Origin: the human T2T-CHM13v2.0 reference genome, Homo sapiens
DNA: 64,000 nt
Strand: one strand, 5' to 3'
Assembly: GCF_009914755.1 (NCBI RefSeq)
Contig: NC_060947.1
The position numbers were made by a program, and so were the translations under genes. The notes under the pieces are model-generated. The model did not search any database. It was not told the DNA's origin and saw only the letters and a program-made list of their open reading frames with translations. Position 1 is the stretch's first letter. Every line of letters starts with the position of its first letter. Below are positions 49,851-63,950 of this stretch, piece after piece.

Positions 49851-49922
49851 GATTTTTTTTTCTGCTACAGAACAACTCCCTTGGTACAATAAAAAAGACG
49901 AGTATTTACTTTTCATTGAAAG
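49851..49922 (+). other. FAM133A: Probable 72-nt non-coding internal exon of FAM133A
   Basis: Strong acceptor tttgttatttttatttacag|G and strong donor GAAAG|GTAAGG. Confidence 0.65.
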
Positions 49923-50329
49923 GTAAGGATCATATTTAGCACATTTTAAAGAATGACAAAAATTACTCATCTCCATCTGAATAAAAGTTTACAGGATACA
50001 GTCATTTAAAGATTTATTTTAGAGAATTATCTTGATAATTCTATGGAAACAGGAAAATCCACAGAGGTAATTTGGCATACTAATGTAGACAATTACATAC
50101 TTAACCGCATTAACTATCTAAACCTGGTCATAGAATACAAGTGGTAAATTAAAATATGAAATATGATAAATTATTCATTTCAAATGAGGAAATGTATTAA
50201 AGTTAGATTAATCTTTATAGAATTTGTGCTTTGTCATGTAATCACGTTTTTTAAAAGTTAGGAAACGCTTTTCTGTTTCATAAATGCATTTACTTTTATT
50301 GTTTATCTCTAATTGTCAAAGTCTGTGAA

Positions 50330-51400
50330 CATTGCAAAGATAAAACAATATAGAAAATTCCAACAGTAGTAAAAACACAAAATCTTAACCACCAAATGAT
50401 AAGAATTACTAGCATTTTGATGCACTTCCTTCCAGAAATTTCCTTGTGCATATACATACCTGCCTATTTATGTATACTGCTTTATCTATGTGACACCATA
50501 TTATGTTTTGTAATCTTTTCATTTAATTTATCAATTACTAATGGCTATATTTTCATGGCAAATGATCGACATCTTATTTTTAAGTAAGTGCATATTCCAT
50601 GGAAATAATTGCCTTAATTTATTTGACCAGATTCCTGTTATAGGGTGGCCATTTCTATACCATCTCTCCCCTTAAATACATACTATTTTCCTGCTATAAT
50701 CAAAGTGTCCCTGGATACCTAAAGCATGTATTTCTATGCACTTGTGAAAATTGGTCATAAGATAAATTCCTAGAAATGGATGGCTTGGGGATGATCATTT
50801 CATATTATGAAATTATTATTGTATACATATTGCCAAACTCTCTGCAGAATTATTATCACAATTTACAGTTCCAACAGTGCATAAAGTTCATTTTTTTGTT
50901 ATTCAACTAATATATTTTTGTGCTTGTCATATGCCGGGCAAATGTGGTAGAGGATTGTAGTATAATGGTGAATGAAATTTACTAAGTGCATATCCTTTCG
51001 TTGAATAATTTTAATCAAAACATATGTTATAGAAACAATGATTTACGTCATTGATGTTATACCATAAATATTGTTCTGAAACTTACTATTTTTATTTTAA
51101 ATTATGGAGATTTAAAAAAATGTATGCTCTTATGTTTTAAACTTTGTAGCATTAGGAATTAGTATTTTAGAGTCAGTCATGAGTTAGGGATCCAGATTTT
51201 TAAAATATTTATTTTTATTAGCTAGCTAATTCTTCTAGTACCATTTATTTGGTAATCTTTCTATCTCCTGCTTACTTGAAATGCTATTTTGATCACATTA
51301 AATAAATTGCTTGGGTCTGTCTCTAAATTCTTTTCTGATCCATTGGTCAGACGTTTGCTGCAAACAACTAATGAGTCGGTTTTAAGATAACTTTACATTT
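50330..51400 (-). mobile_element. Ancient L1ME-type fragments
   Basis: Degenerate reverse L1 text 'gataaattcctagaaatgga', 'catattgccaaactctctgcagaa', 'tagtaccatttatttg'. Confidence 0.45.
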
Positions 51401-52629
51401 TGTGAAGATGATATGTGTTCATTGATAAAGTCAGGCAATACATTGAAATACAAAGAAGAAATTAAAAGTAACTCAAAATACCACTGAGAAGTAATCACTA
51501 CTTACATTTGTAATCAACATCTCCAAATTAATTTATCAATATTATGTATTCATATTTCTTAGATTAGTGGTAAGATTGTCTTTTCATATGTTTATGTTTT
51601 TTTGAGAATTGTCTATTCATATTTTTTTGCCACTGAATTAAGCAAGAAATTAATCAATGGTGAAATCCTAAAGGTAAAATGATTTTGGCCTTGACTTAAG
51701 ACAACTATGATTTCTTCAGGAAATAACGCATGATATTGGGCAAATGTGACTAAATTACTTTCAGTTACTTTCATATTAAAATTGGTTGTTTTTTTTTTTT
51801 TGGATACTTGTGGGGTTTTTTGGATGCTTTTCAAGGATTACAGATTACTACTTAACCACTCACACTGATCCTGGAAAAGTTTGGAATGGAACATGGAGAT
51901 GAAAAATAGAAAAAAGCTTACAAAAACATCATACAAAAATAATGTACTAATCAACAATTGTTATTTTCAATTTGGAATTATTTTTTCCAGATATAGGCAA
52001 TGAAAATGGTTGAAAGTAGATGACTTTTTCTAATCACAATTCTCTACTTTAATTGTGTATACATAGGGATCTTGTAACACACTTATTTTTGTAGCCTTTT
52101 TTTTTTGGTCAATTAGTTTCTTTAATTTTATGTAGTAGGTATCTAAAAGAAAATAAGCTTTTTCTTCATAATCAATTTAATTGATGCATTATATCCTATT
52201 TGTTCTACTGTGAAATATAAGTATTAGTTTTATCATATCATATGCTTGTTTTTCTTAATAAGGTTAGATATAAATTATTTGCATAGTGATATGTTTTTTT
52301 GTTCAATTAACATGATTTTTTGGCGGGGGGGCTAAATGTTCATGCTTCTACATGAGATGATACATAACACAGAATCTGATAGTATACTCAGACTGAACAT
52401 AGTACATTAACATCTGTTGATACCTCCCTTAATATGAACATACACACAATCCCTTCCACCACCCACTCCTACCACACAAACACGCAAGGTATATAATGAC
52501 AAGTGTAGCAGCATTATCTTTTTTTGTAGGTATCTAAGAAGCAAAGCATTGCAAGTTCATTTATTTTTGAATGACTTCCTCCTGTTCTTCTTGGACAAGT
52601 TGTATCTGAATACACAAGTGAATTCTTTT

Positions 52630-53990
52630 TTAAAAACCATTTTATTGATGGATAATAGGCACACAATAAATGTGTGTATCTGTGAAAGTATCACCACAGA
52701 CAAAATAATGAAAATTGTGTCATCCCTGAAAGTTTCCTCATATGCCTTTGAATCCCTCCTCTTGTCCCTAGATATTCACTGATCTGTTTTCTGTTCCTAT
52801 AGATGAATTTGCATTTTCTAAAATTTTATATAAGTGGAATAATGTAGTATGTTCCTCTTTTTGCCTGTCTTTGCAGACTTATTTTGAAATTTACCCATGT
52901 TGTTGTGTGTATCAGGAGTTTATTTTTCCTGTTTACTGCTGAGTAATTATTCATTACCTGGCAATACTACAATTTGTTGATGGGCATTTTTGTTGTTTTG
53001 AGTTCTGGGCTACTACAAATAAGGCTGCTATGATCATTGGTATATAAGTTTTGTATGGACATATGTTTTAATTTCTTTTAGAAAAATACATAGGAGTGGA
53101 ATGACTGGATCACATGGTAGGTGTATGTTTCACTTTTTAAGAAATTACCTGTTTTCCAAAGTGGTTGTTTTGCATTTCCACCAATAGTGCTCACATTTGA
53201 TATGGGCAGTGTTTTAAAAGTTAGCCATTCTAATAAGTATTCAGTAGTATTTCATTGTGATCTTAATTTATATTTCTTTGATGACTAATGATGTTGAATA
53301 CCTTTTCATGTGCTGATTTGCCATCCACATATCTTTTTTGGTGAAGTGACCATTTGTATTTTGTCCACTTAAAAAAATAGGATTGTTGTTTTATCATTAA
53401 GTTTTGATAGTTCTTTATATACTCTGGATGCAAGTTCTTTATCAGTTATAGCTTCTGCAAATATTTTCTCTCAGACTGCATATTTTCTTTGCATTCTCTT
53501 AAGGGTGCCTTTTACTGTTTTTAAAGAGGAAATGTTAGTAATTTTTATATTGATACATCATATTTTGGGGGCACATGTGATTTCAATACATGAATACAAT
53601 GTGTAATGGTCAAATCAGGGTAATTGGGATAAGAAGTTTGCAATTTCGATGAAGTCCAGTTTATCTTGTTTTTCTTCTATGGAGCATACTTTGTGTGTCA
53701 TCTCTTAGAAATCTTTGCTTAACCCAAAGTCACAATTATTTTCTTCCATTTTTTTTAAGTTTTATACTTTTAGGTTTTGCATTTAGGTCTGATACATTTT
53801 TGCAAAAAGTACAAGGTATGGATTGAAGGTTTATTTCTTTTGATATAGATATGCAGTTGTTCCAGCACTATTTGTTGAATAGACTGTCTTTTCACCACTG
53901 ATTTGCCTTTGCACATTTGTCAAAATTAGCTGTCCTTGTATGTGTGGGTCTATGTTGGAAGCTCTAATCTGTTCCTTTGTGTACTGATTT
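52630..53990 (-). mobile_element. L1MC/L1ME-type LINE-1 3' portion, with a short L1MA tail piece nested at about 53540-53630
   Basis: 'gtgaaagtatcaccacag...aaagtttcctcatatgcctttgaatccctcc', 'aggagtggaatgactggatcacatggtaggtgtatgttt'. Confidence 0.75.
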
Positions 53991-54714
53991 TAATGACACA
54001 ATCGGTAGTTATCCATTTGTTAGATGCATTTGGGAAAGAATGAGAACAAAATTGTGTGATAACAGAATTTCATTACAATGGAGACAGTCACAGGAGCTGG
54101 ATCTTCATCCTTGACCTTTCACTTCTGCTCCCAACTATGTGAGATAAAGGGTCAGATAACAGCAGTAAAAACCTAGAAAAGAAATAACAAAAAGAAACAT
54201 AAATGTTCTTCTATTTTGTGGAGTTGCCAGTGTGTAGATGTCCATAGCCCAGCCACAAGAATGGTAGTTAGCATTATTCAGGAGCACAAATAATGCCCTT
54301 GTTTTTCTCACTCCTGATAAAGAGAGACCTGCTTGCAAAAATGGAAATATTGAATAGAAAGTATCTTTAAGCTGTTAATAAATTATAGTTAAAAAAAGAA
54401 TAGTAATAAAACATTGGTTGTTATGATGTTACTATTATTAATAGTAATAAATAAAACATTGGTTGTTTTATAACATTTCAAACCATAGCAGTGGTTTTCA
54501 AACAAAAATATTTCATTTTATACTTATTCCTATAATACAGATATACTCAAATTAACAGAATATGGTATGTTGTTATAGATTTTTATTTTTTAAGGAAACA
54601 TTTCTGAATTGCGTTTCTAGCAATATACCCTTAACTGCATGGAGTTTAAAAGGGAAGTTTAATGCAACATAAGATAAGGAAAATTGTTTCCCAATTTGGA
54701 TATTTAACATAGCG

Positions 54715-56120
54715 CTATTTTTTAAAGAAATTTTAATTGTCATGTAAAAATTACATATATTTTGCCATATAACATGAAGTTTTGGTATATGTATACATTG
54801 TTGAATGACTAAATCAAGCATTTTAACATATATATTACCGTAAATACTTATTTTTTTCTGGTGAGAACACTCAAAATCTCTCTTACATCATTCCTGTCTA
54901 ACTGAAATGTGTCTTTTTTTTTTTTTTTTTTTGAGACGGAGTCTCGCTTTGTTGCCCAGGCTGGAGTGCAGTTTGTGATCTCGGCTCACTGCAACCTCCA
55001 CCTCTCAGGTTCAAGTGATTCTCCTGCCTCAGTCTCCCGTGTAGCTGGGGCTTCAGGTGTGTACCACCACTCCTGGCAAATTTTTTTTTTTTTTTTTTAG
55101 TAGAGACAGGGTTTCACCATATTAGCCAGGATGGTCTCCATCTCCTGATCTCGTGATCCGCCCACATTGGTCTCCCAAATTGCTGGGATTACAGGCATGA
55201 GCCACTGCACCAGGCCGTGTTGTTTCTTTTGACAGTATCTCCTCAAACCCCCAACTCCCAATTGTCTAGTAACCACCCATTTTACTCTTTGTTTCTATGA
55301 ATGTGACATTTTTATGCTCCACATGTGAGATCACATGGTATTTGTCTGTTCCTGGCTTATTTCACTTAGCATATTGTTCTCCAGATTTGTCTATGTTTCC
55401 ACAAATGACAAGATTTCCCTTTTTAAAGTCTGATCAATACTTTACTGTGTATACATACCATATTTTCTTTATCCATTCATCAACTGATGGACACTTAGGT
55501 TTATTCCATATCTTGGCTATTGTACCTAATGCTGCAATGAAAATGGGAGTACAGATATCTCTTCAATGTATTCATTTCATATCCTTTGGATATATCCTCA
55601 GTACTGGGATTACTAGATCATATGGTAGTTCCATTCTTACAGTAGTTTTGAGGAATGTCCATACTGTTTTCCATAATGGCTATACTAATCCACATTACCA
55701 GCAACAGTTTACAAGGGTTAACTTTTCTCCATATCCTCACCAACACTTACCTTTCGTCTTTTTGATAATAGCTGTCCTAACAGGCATGAGATGATATCTC
55801 ATTATGGTTTTAATTTGCATTTACCTGATGATTAGTGATGTCAAGTATTTTTTCATATACCTATTGGCGATTTGTATGCCTTTTGAAAAACATCTCTTCA
55901 GATCTTTTACTCATTTTAAAAAATTATGTTTTTTAAAATTACTGAGTTGTTTGAGTTCCTTATATATTTTGAATATTTAACTCCTTATCATATGTTTGGT
56001 TTGCAAATATATTCTGCCATTCCATACGTTGCCTCTTTACTCATTTACTTCCTTTATTGTGCAAAAACTTTTTAGTTTGATGTGATGCCTTTTGTCTATT
56101 TTTGCTTTTGTTGCTAATGC
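54715..56120 (-). mobile_element. L1MA-type 3' fragment interrupted by an Alu
   Basis: Reverse L1MA 3'UTR and ORF2 end ('tggcttatttcacttagcata', 'atccattcatcaactgatggacacttaggtt'). Confidence 0.8.
54915..55216 (-). mobile_element. AluS (Sc/Sg-like)
   Basis: Poly(T) then reverse Alu 'gagacggagtctcgc...ttagccaggatggtctc...caggcc'. Confidence 0.93.
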
Positions 56121-56354
56121 TAGTTTTGAATGTACAAACAGCGTACATTTTTCAAAAATGTAAAACCACATCACGGAAGAATACTTTTACAAGGGTAATC
56201 AGGAATTTTTTGCCTGTAGTACTCATCTGAAGAATTTCCATCCTACAATTCAAATAAAGCAAGCCTTTTTATTGCAAGTTTGAAAGTATTTTATTTAATT
56301 TTACTATAAAGGAAGAAAAAATCCAAAGACTTTGAAAAATGGACAATGTTTACA

Positions 56355-56427
56355 ATATATATAGATATATCTTATGTGCATATGATATATATGTATATAT
56401 CTTATATGATATCTTAGATATATTCTG

Positions 56428-56458
<31 letters not shown>
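56355..56458. repeat. AT-rich low-complexity run and (TCTA)n tetranucleotide STR
   Basis: tctatctatctatc... at about 56428-56458. Confidence 0.85.
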
Positions 56459-56460
<2 letters not shown>

Positions 56461-57269
56461 GCAATGGCTATTTCCCCATTTTGCAATTTATTTGGACAAA
56501 ATGGAGGAAGCCCAAAGTGACATTTTCTGCTGATTTTTTTCCAGACTATCCAAATATATTTAATTAATTTCATTAGGTACCTCCTCTCAGAAAAAAAGTA
56601 GTTGTTCTCCATTCTGGCAGATGTTTCTATGAAAGTATATGTTTAGTAAGTAGTATAGACTAATGCTTCAGCAAATCTAGTATTGATACTTTCAAGGTGA
56701 TGATAGCTAACACTTCACAATTCTCTAAGAAGTGAGTAAACAAACAAGATGTCAATGAACTAATTGTTGCTTTTGGTTAAAAAATCTGCTTGTCAGAGAA
56801 AGAAGAAATAGAGGCCTACATTCTCTAGATTCATTACTTTGATTTAGCAACTGTCTTAAAACAGGTGTAAACAAAATTTTAAAATTATAATATTGACCAC
56901 TTTTGTCTGTCTTCTCTTATAAGCAGCATTTGTCTATCTAAAAGAATAAGCATTTTTTTGTTTGTTTAGAGGTAACTGGATACCTTAATTAAAACTGTTT
57001 CATTATCTACATCATGAGAATGTGTTTAGCCTTCTTTGTAAGAAAGATTAAATATGACATGACAAGAGAATTACATAAATGATTAGACTATCTGACCAAT
57101 CTGCTTGTAGCAGCCCCCAAACTGCCCCTTAGCCTCTCAGATATGCTATACATAGTTCTTTGAAAGGTCTTTCTGAAAACACTTATATCCTTGCCCTAAT
57201 CCCAAATTTTTAGTGATACTTCACTGTCTTGAATCAAACCAGTGTATAAGTACAAGCTGTGTCCTTTAC

Positions 57270-57420
57270 CCTCCAGTGACCTTGGGCACATTTCTTAACT
57301 CTCTATGCCTCAATTTCCTCATCTGTAGAATGGGGATAATAATAGTACCCATCTCACAGAGCAATGGTGAGCTTGAAATGACATAATACATGTAAAATTC
57401 TGATAACATAGTGCATGTCC
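57270..57420 (+). mobile_element. MIR SINE
   Basis: 'gtgaccttgggcacatttcttaactctctatgcctcaatttcctcatctgtagaatggggataataatagtacc'. Confidence 0.9.
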
Positions 57421-57738
57421 AAACAGTTTTTACTAAACTTATCTTCTCCAGGAATAGTTACCCAGTGGAACATAGTTCTTTAACTCTTTCTTTCCTTCAG
57501 AGCTTATTTGCTTGGAGTGTATTACATTTTTGTGAGCTTTATGATAAACATTATAACAGAACCACATAGGTCATTTATTGTGTGTACACACACATGTTCT
57601 TTTCCTATGTATATTTTAAATTTACCTAGGAAAAGGACCAAGATATTTTCTTATTTATAATCCTCTGTCCTTGCTCAGAGTATTGCTCTGCACAAGAATA
57701 CATTTAGTACTGTACTAATTAACTTCTTAAACAAATGA

Positions 57739-58058
<320 letters not shown>

Positions 58059-58714
58059 AGCAGTACCATTTTTACTTGCTGTTCAAATAAAATTCATTTT
58101 TAGCCTTTAATTGCACTCTAATTTTATTTAACAGTTGTCTCTTAATTGTGCCTGATTTACTAATGTGTAATTGTCATGCAACAAATTACATTAGTTTACT
58201 AAATTTTCAGGTTTTAAAGAATTGGTGTTTTACCAACCAACTTCTAAATAGTAACACCTCACAAACTATTAATAGTTAGGAGGACACACAGAGTCTTCAG
58301 AAGAAAAATTTTGAAATCTAATGATGATCCACATTTAATATTAAATTAAAATGTCTGTTTATTTAACCCTTTCATTTCATTAGTATTTTCTTTCTAAAGG
58401 ACAGTATTTTAGATAAGTATTGCAAAATTGCTTTACATATAATGAGCATTTAAAGGAAAATATAGATCAGAGTACCAGAGCTTATTTTAATAAACAGTAC
58501 TCTATCTCATAAAATGGCTACCCTAATAACCCAGTTACTTTTATTCTTATCAGAATCTGTTGCTTGAATTAAGCATAATCAAACTTGCCACATTGCCTTT
58601 TCCTGTCTCATAAATTATGGAAAACAACTTCCCTCCAATTTCTTTATTGTTTGAAAAATACTTTTCTTTGGAAAGTCAAATCATATTTCTATTATAATCA
58701 TAAAAATTATGCAT

Positions 58715-59524
58715 GCTTGTTTTTTGAGGAACCTCCATACTGTTCTCCATAGTGGCTGTACTAGTTCACTACTTAAAGTGTATAAGAGTTCCCTTTTCTA
58801 TGCATCATCACCTGCATTTGTTAATTTTTATCTTTTTTATAATAGCCATCCTAACTGGGGTGAAATGATATCTCTTCGTGGTTTTGATTTGCATATCCCT
58901 GATGATTAATGATGTTGAATATGTTTTCATATATTTGTTGGCCGTTTGCATGTCTTCTTTTGAAATGTCTATTCAGCTAATTTGCCAATTTTTGAAATGG
59001 GTTTTTTTTTGGCTGTTTTGAGTTCTTTGTATATTCTGGATATTAATTCCCTGTTGTATGAATACTTTGCAAATATTTTCTCCCATTCTCTAGGTAGACT
59101 TTTCACATTGTTGATTGTTTCCTTTGCTGTGCATAAGCTGTTTAGTTTGATATAGTCCCATTTGTTTACTTTTGCTTTTGTTGCCTGTGTTTTTGAGGTC
59201 TTATTCATAAAGCCTTTTCCCAAACCAGTGTCCTGAAGCATTTACTCTATGTTTTCTTCTAATAGATTTATAGTCTTGTGTCTTACATGTAAGTCTGATC
59301 CATTTTGAGTGTATTGTTGTATAGGCAGAGAGGTGGGGGAGTCTAGTTTCAGTTTTCTGCCTATGGTTATCCAATTTTCCCAGCACTATTTATTGAAGAG
59401 TCTGCCCTTTCCCAATGAGTGTTCTTGGAGCCTTTGTCAAAAATCAGTTGGCTGTAGATATGTGGATTAATGTTTTGATTTTCTGTTCTGTTCTATTGAA
59501 CTACGTGCCTCTTTTTATGCCAGA
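58715..59524 (-). mobile_element. L1 (L1MA/L1PB-age) internal ORF2 fragment
   Basis: Minus ORF 58969-59241 with [23 protein letters not shown]. Confidence 0.85.
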
Positions 59525-60971
59525 AGTCAATTTTTTTAATACAAAAATCAGTTATTGAAACATTTAGATGGTTGGGAAAATGCCAGAAACCAGAGCTTAA
59601 GGGCATATCTGCCTTGGTAACTTAGAACAAAAGAGCTGGTTCTCAATATGTAAAAAAGATGTCCATAATAGAGTTTCAAATGAAAAAAGCAAGTTGTGAG
59701 ACAATATCTATTATTTGCTCCCATCTATATAAAAAAGTATAGATGCATATATGTTCTGTGCATGTGTGTTTGTTTTCATTCACATGGAAAAATGTCTGAC
59801 AATATATACACCGAACCAGTGAAATCAGATTGAAGGAAAAGCTTTAACTTTGTATTTTCTATTCTGAATCACGTTTTGAATTTTTAAAACAAGCATATAT
59901 TATTTTTATAATTAAAAAAACAAACATTTAACACAATAATGAATAACATTGTTTGTTTAAATTGGGTCATTATTTGGTCAAAGTTTATACAGAAAGCTGA
60001 AATAGTGTTTCAATTACTACTTTTGCAAAAGAGGAACTATCTTTCACTTGAATAGCACTCATACTGGCTGCTCTGAGGTATTATCATATATGGGTGCCAT
60101 GTAAATTGTACAATTTTTAAAGAGCTTATGCTTTATTCTGATTGGTATTTGAAGCTTTTATGCATCGTTGTTCTTTCCAAAAAGCATGGTATTTTCTTGG
60201 GATGACAATAAAGTTATCAGAGGCAGTACTGTCCTGCTCTCCATTATGTTCACAGTCTAAGTTCTGTGAAATTACTTTTAATTGTTTCTTCTTATTTCAA
60301 AACTTCTATTCTTTTTCTTATTGACTCGTACAGCTGTTTTTAATGGAGAAAAATGACTCTTGCTTCTAGAGACCTTTCTTACCTGAAAAATGAAGATCGT
60401 GAGTTGGCTAACCATTCTTCTGAAAAGTTTATTTTTACTCTTGTAGGAAAAAACTTGAGCCAATTTCTACAAATGTCTATCTTAATTTTATGATATCCTT
60501 TTTTCCTGTAGTTTTGTGATGATTTGAAGAAATTTCAACCTATAAAATATTGCTCGATCATAAAATCACTAGGGAGATTGCACTTTTTCTGCAAATGATG
60601 TGTACCTAATTTAGCTGCAAATGATCTATGCATGCTTATAAGTTTATAATATGCTTACCAAGAGATTCTGTTTAATTCAGTAAGACTTATGCTTACTGGA
60701 CTGAAATTTGAAGTCATTGGACCAAAGTTATTATAAAATAGTAAAAAGAAAAATTAATAGGATGCAAATTTCAGAGAGATAGCCATGAAAACCGATAGAA
60801 TATTCTAATAATTGTTCCCTTCTACACTGTCTTACGTTCCAACCATCATTTCACTGTTTAGACTTCTGTCATTTCCCACATGGATTATTCACCTCACCTT
60901 CTTCATTTATCTTCCAACCTCAAGCTCTCTTGCTTCCCTTCCAGCCTACATACTCTGAAATTAACCCTTTT

Positions 60972-61248
60972 GCCAGGAATGCTAGCTCATGCCTGTAATC
61001 CCAGCACTTTGGGAGGCCAAGGCGGACAGATCACTTGAGGTCAGGGGTTCAAGACCAGCCTGGCCAACATGGTGAAACCTGGTCTCTACTGAAAATACAA
61101 AAATTAGCTAGGCGTGGTGGCAGGCACCTGTAATCCCAGTTATTCGGGAGACTGAGGCAGAGAATCACTTGAACCTGGGAGGCGGAGGCTGCAGTGAGCC
61201 TAGATGGCGCCACTGCACTCCAGCCAGGGTGACAGAGTGAGACTCCAT

Positions 61249-61277
<29 letters not shown>
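60972..61277 (+). mobile_element. AluS (Sx/Sz-like)
   Basis: Dimeric Alu with long poly(A); TSD aaattaaccctttt on both sides. Confidence 0.95.
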
Positions 61278-61281
<4 letters not shown>

Positions 61282-61429
61282 CCCTTTTAAAATGTAATTT
61301 TCTTTATATCATACCCTTCTCTAAAATCTGCAGTCACTTCTCATTTAAAGCCAGAATGACATAGGGATAAGAACATCAGTTTTGAAGATTTAAATTAGAG
61401 TTTAAACCTTGGCCTGACACATAGCCTCT

Positions 61430-61572
61430 AGTAGGTAATTTTATACAACTTAGATTCCAGAGTCAAACATACCCACATTTACCACTTGCTAGCTGTGTGG
61501 CCTTGGGAATTTACTAAATTTCACAAATACAAAGTCTTCTTTTCAGTGAAATGTGGAAAATAATACATAGCT
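61430..61572 (+). mobile_element. MIR fragment
   Basis: 'ccacttgctagctgtgtggccttgggaatttactaaa...gtgaaatgtggaaaataatac'. Confidence 0.6.
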
Positions 61573-61960
61573 ATGTCAATTAGGACTTTTTAGTTACAAG
61601 CAACAGAAATAGACTCTGGCTAACTTATGTAATATTTAATTCATTGGAAAAATACCAGGGTCTCACAGAATCAATGGGAGGCTAGTGAGTCGGGTGTGGA
61701 AACAGGCAGAAACTGAAGTAGCCCTGCAGACCACGGAAACAGGGAATACAACATGGCCCCATAGCCAGAATAGTCTAATCATGATGTTGAGGCTGAGATA
61801 AACTGGAACATCAGTCATTTTTAATTCAATTACTTGCCACTTGGCTATAGGAGGATGAGGCTGCTGGTCATAGTCTCACTTGACTACTCTCAAAAGAAAA
61901 CAAGAGTGCCATGAGACAAAGGAAATGGATTTCCAATATCTAATGTACAAAAGATGCCCA
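61573..61960 (-). mobile_element. Ancient LTR relic (LTR33/LTR78/LTR79-like)
   Basis: 'tgtcaattaggactttttagttacaagcaacagaaatagactctggctaactta...ctcacagaatc' resembles these LTR termini; family and right boundary uncertain. Confidence 0.45.
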
Positions 61961-62194
61961 CTAGGCATGTGACCCACCAGTCACATAATAGTGCTTAGTA
62001 AAGGGCTATTTTAACAAGTCTAGACTCATTTATCAGACATTCATGGCCATTCACTGTCTGGCCTCAGCCTACTTTTCCAAACTTAATTTTCCTCTGCATG
62101 AGCCCTGAATTTTCCTATCTGCTTTTCTCACTCAGCTCATTCCCACTGCCTGCAATGCTTTTGACCTGTTACTTTGTAAAAGGATGTATGACTG

Positions 62195-62660
62195 CACATG
62201 CATGTTTAATAGCAATGTAATTCACAATTGCAAAAATATGGAACCAACCTAAATGCCTATCAACCAATGAGTGGATAAAGAAAATGTGGTATATATACAA
62301 CAGCCATAAAATGGAATAAAATGGCCTTTGCTGCAACTTGGATAGAGCTGGAGGCTACTTTTCTAAGTGAAGTAACTCAAGAATGGAAAAAGAAATATCG
62401 TATGTTCTCACTTATAAGTGGGAGCTAAGTGTGAAGATGCAAAGGCATAAGAATGATATAATGGACTTTGAGGACTCGGATGGAGGGGTGGGAAGAGGTG
62501 AGGGATAAACAACTACATATTGGATACAGTGTACACTGCTCAGGTGATTAGTGCACTAAAATCTCAGAAATCACCACTAAAAAATTTATCCATGTAACCA
62601 AAGACCACCTGTGCCCCAAAAACTATTGAAATAAAATTTAAAATATTTTAAAAATTTAAA
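62195..62660 (+). mobile_element. L1PB1-like 3' fragment
   Basis: 'gcaaaggcataagaatgatataatggactttg...aaaatctcagaaatcaccactaaa'; TSD taaaaggatgtatgactg / taaaaagatgtgtgattg. Confidence 0.88.
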
Positions 62661-62669
62661 AAGATGTGT

Positions 62670-63460
62670 GATTGACACATAATGGTTATACATATTTACG
62701 GGTTACAACATGGTGTTTTGGTACATGTATATATATTATATAATGATCAACTAGGGCAATTGACATATGCATCACCTTAAACATCATTTCTTTGTGATGA
62801 ACATTCAGTAACCTTTCTTCTAGCGATTTTGAAATATACAATGCATTGTCGATAACTCTAGTCATCTTACTATGCAATAGAACACCAGAATCTATTCTTC
62901 CTAACTGTAACTTTGTAGCAATGACCAATCTCTTCCCATCCCCCGACTAACTCACTACCTTCCTCATCCTCTGGTAACCACTAATCTACTTTCTACTTCC
63001 ATAAGAACAACTTTTTAAATTCTACGTATTAGTGAGACCATGTGGAATCTTTCTGTCTCTGGATTATTTCACTTAACATAATCTTCTTCAGATTCATCCA
63101 TGTTGCTGCAAATGACATGATTTCACTCTTTTTATGGCTGAATAGCATTCCATTATGCCTGTATATCACATTTTCTTTGTCCATTCATCTGTTGATGGAC
63201 ATTTAGGTTGATTCTATATCATGGCTATTATGAAAATTGCTTCAATAAACATGGGAATATAGATACATCTTTGATATACTGATTTTTCTTTCTTTTTTTT
63301 TTTTTGGCGGAGGGATATACACCAGGCAGTGGGATTGCTGGATCATATGGTAGTTCAATTTTTAGTTTTTTAAGGCACCACCAAACTGTTTTTTCAAAAT
63401 GACTATACTAATTTACATTCCCATCAGTAGTGTGTAAGGATTGCCTTTTCTCCAAATCTC
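62670..63460 (-). mobile_element. L1MA-type 3' fragment
   Basis: Reverse L1MA 3'UTR 'tttgaaatatacaatgcattg...ctatgcaatagaacaccagaa' and 'gattcatccatgttgctgcaaatgaca'. Confidence 0.82.
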
Positions 63461-63589
63461 TCATGTTTTAATATTCAACTTATCTTTTCTAAGACTTAGC
63501 TCTCCTTTCACTGGTCCCCGAATCACTGATTTTCTGTTTCCTCATTTTCTTTTAATCATGTATTGCTTGTTAGTATCTTTTTTGAATGG

Positions 63590-63950
63590 TAGTCTTGTAT
63601 ATTTGTCTAACTATTTATGTGCCTTACTTTCCCCATATAGATTATAAACCCCTTGAGAGGAGAGATCATGTATCATTTATTTATTTGTTTTCTTGAGAAC
63701 CCAGTGTTATGTATGTAGTAGATGTTCATTAACTTATAATAAATGTTTTTCATTTCATTTCACTTTCTCAAAATCATTTTTGCCAAATGAACTTATGATG
63801 AATGAATGCAAGAATGTGAGTCATTAATTTAAATCAATATTAATTTAATTACCTACTGTATATGTAGCACTATATTGATTGCTTTGTGGGGATAGAAAAA
63901 ACAAACTTGAAAATTGCTTTAGGAGTAGCTCACAATCTAATTTAGGAGAG
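63590..63950. mobile_element. L2 relics, tail to tail (plus about 63590-63750, minus about 63790-63950)
   Basis: 'tagattataaaccccttgagaggagagatcatgtatc' and 'acctactgtatatgtagcactatattg...gagtagctcacaatctaatttaggagag'. Confidence 0.6.

Noticed and set aside
54399-54467. Local duplication of aatagtaataaaacattggttgtt
   Set aside because: Short AT-rich slippage duplication with no functional context
55297-55794. 165-aa plus-strand ORF
   Set aside because: Antisense reading of an L1MA 3' end; not a gene, and not the FAM133A CDS, which is Lys/Ser-rich and not present in this window
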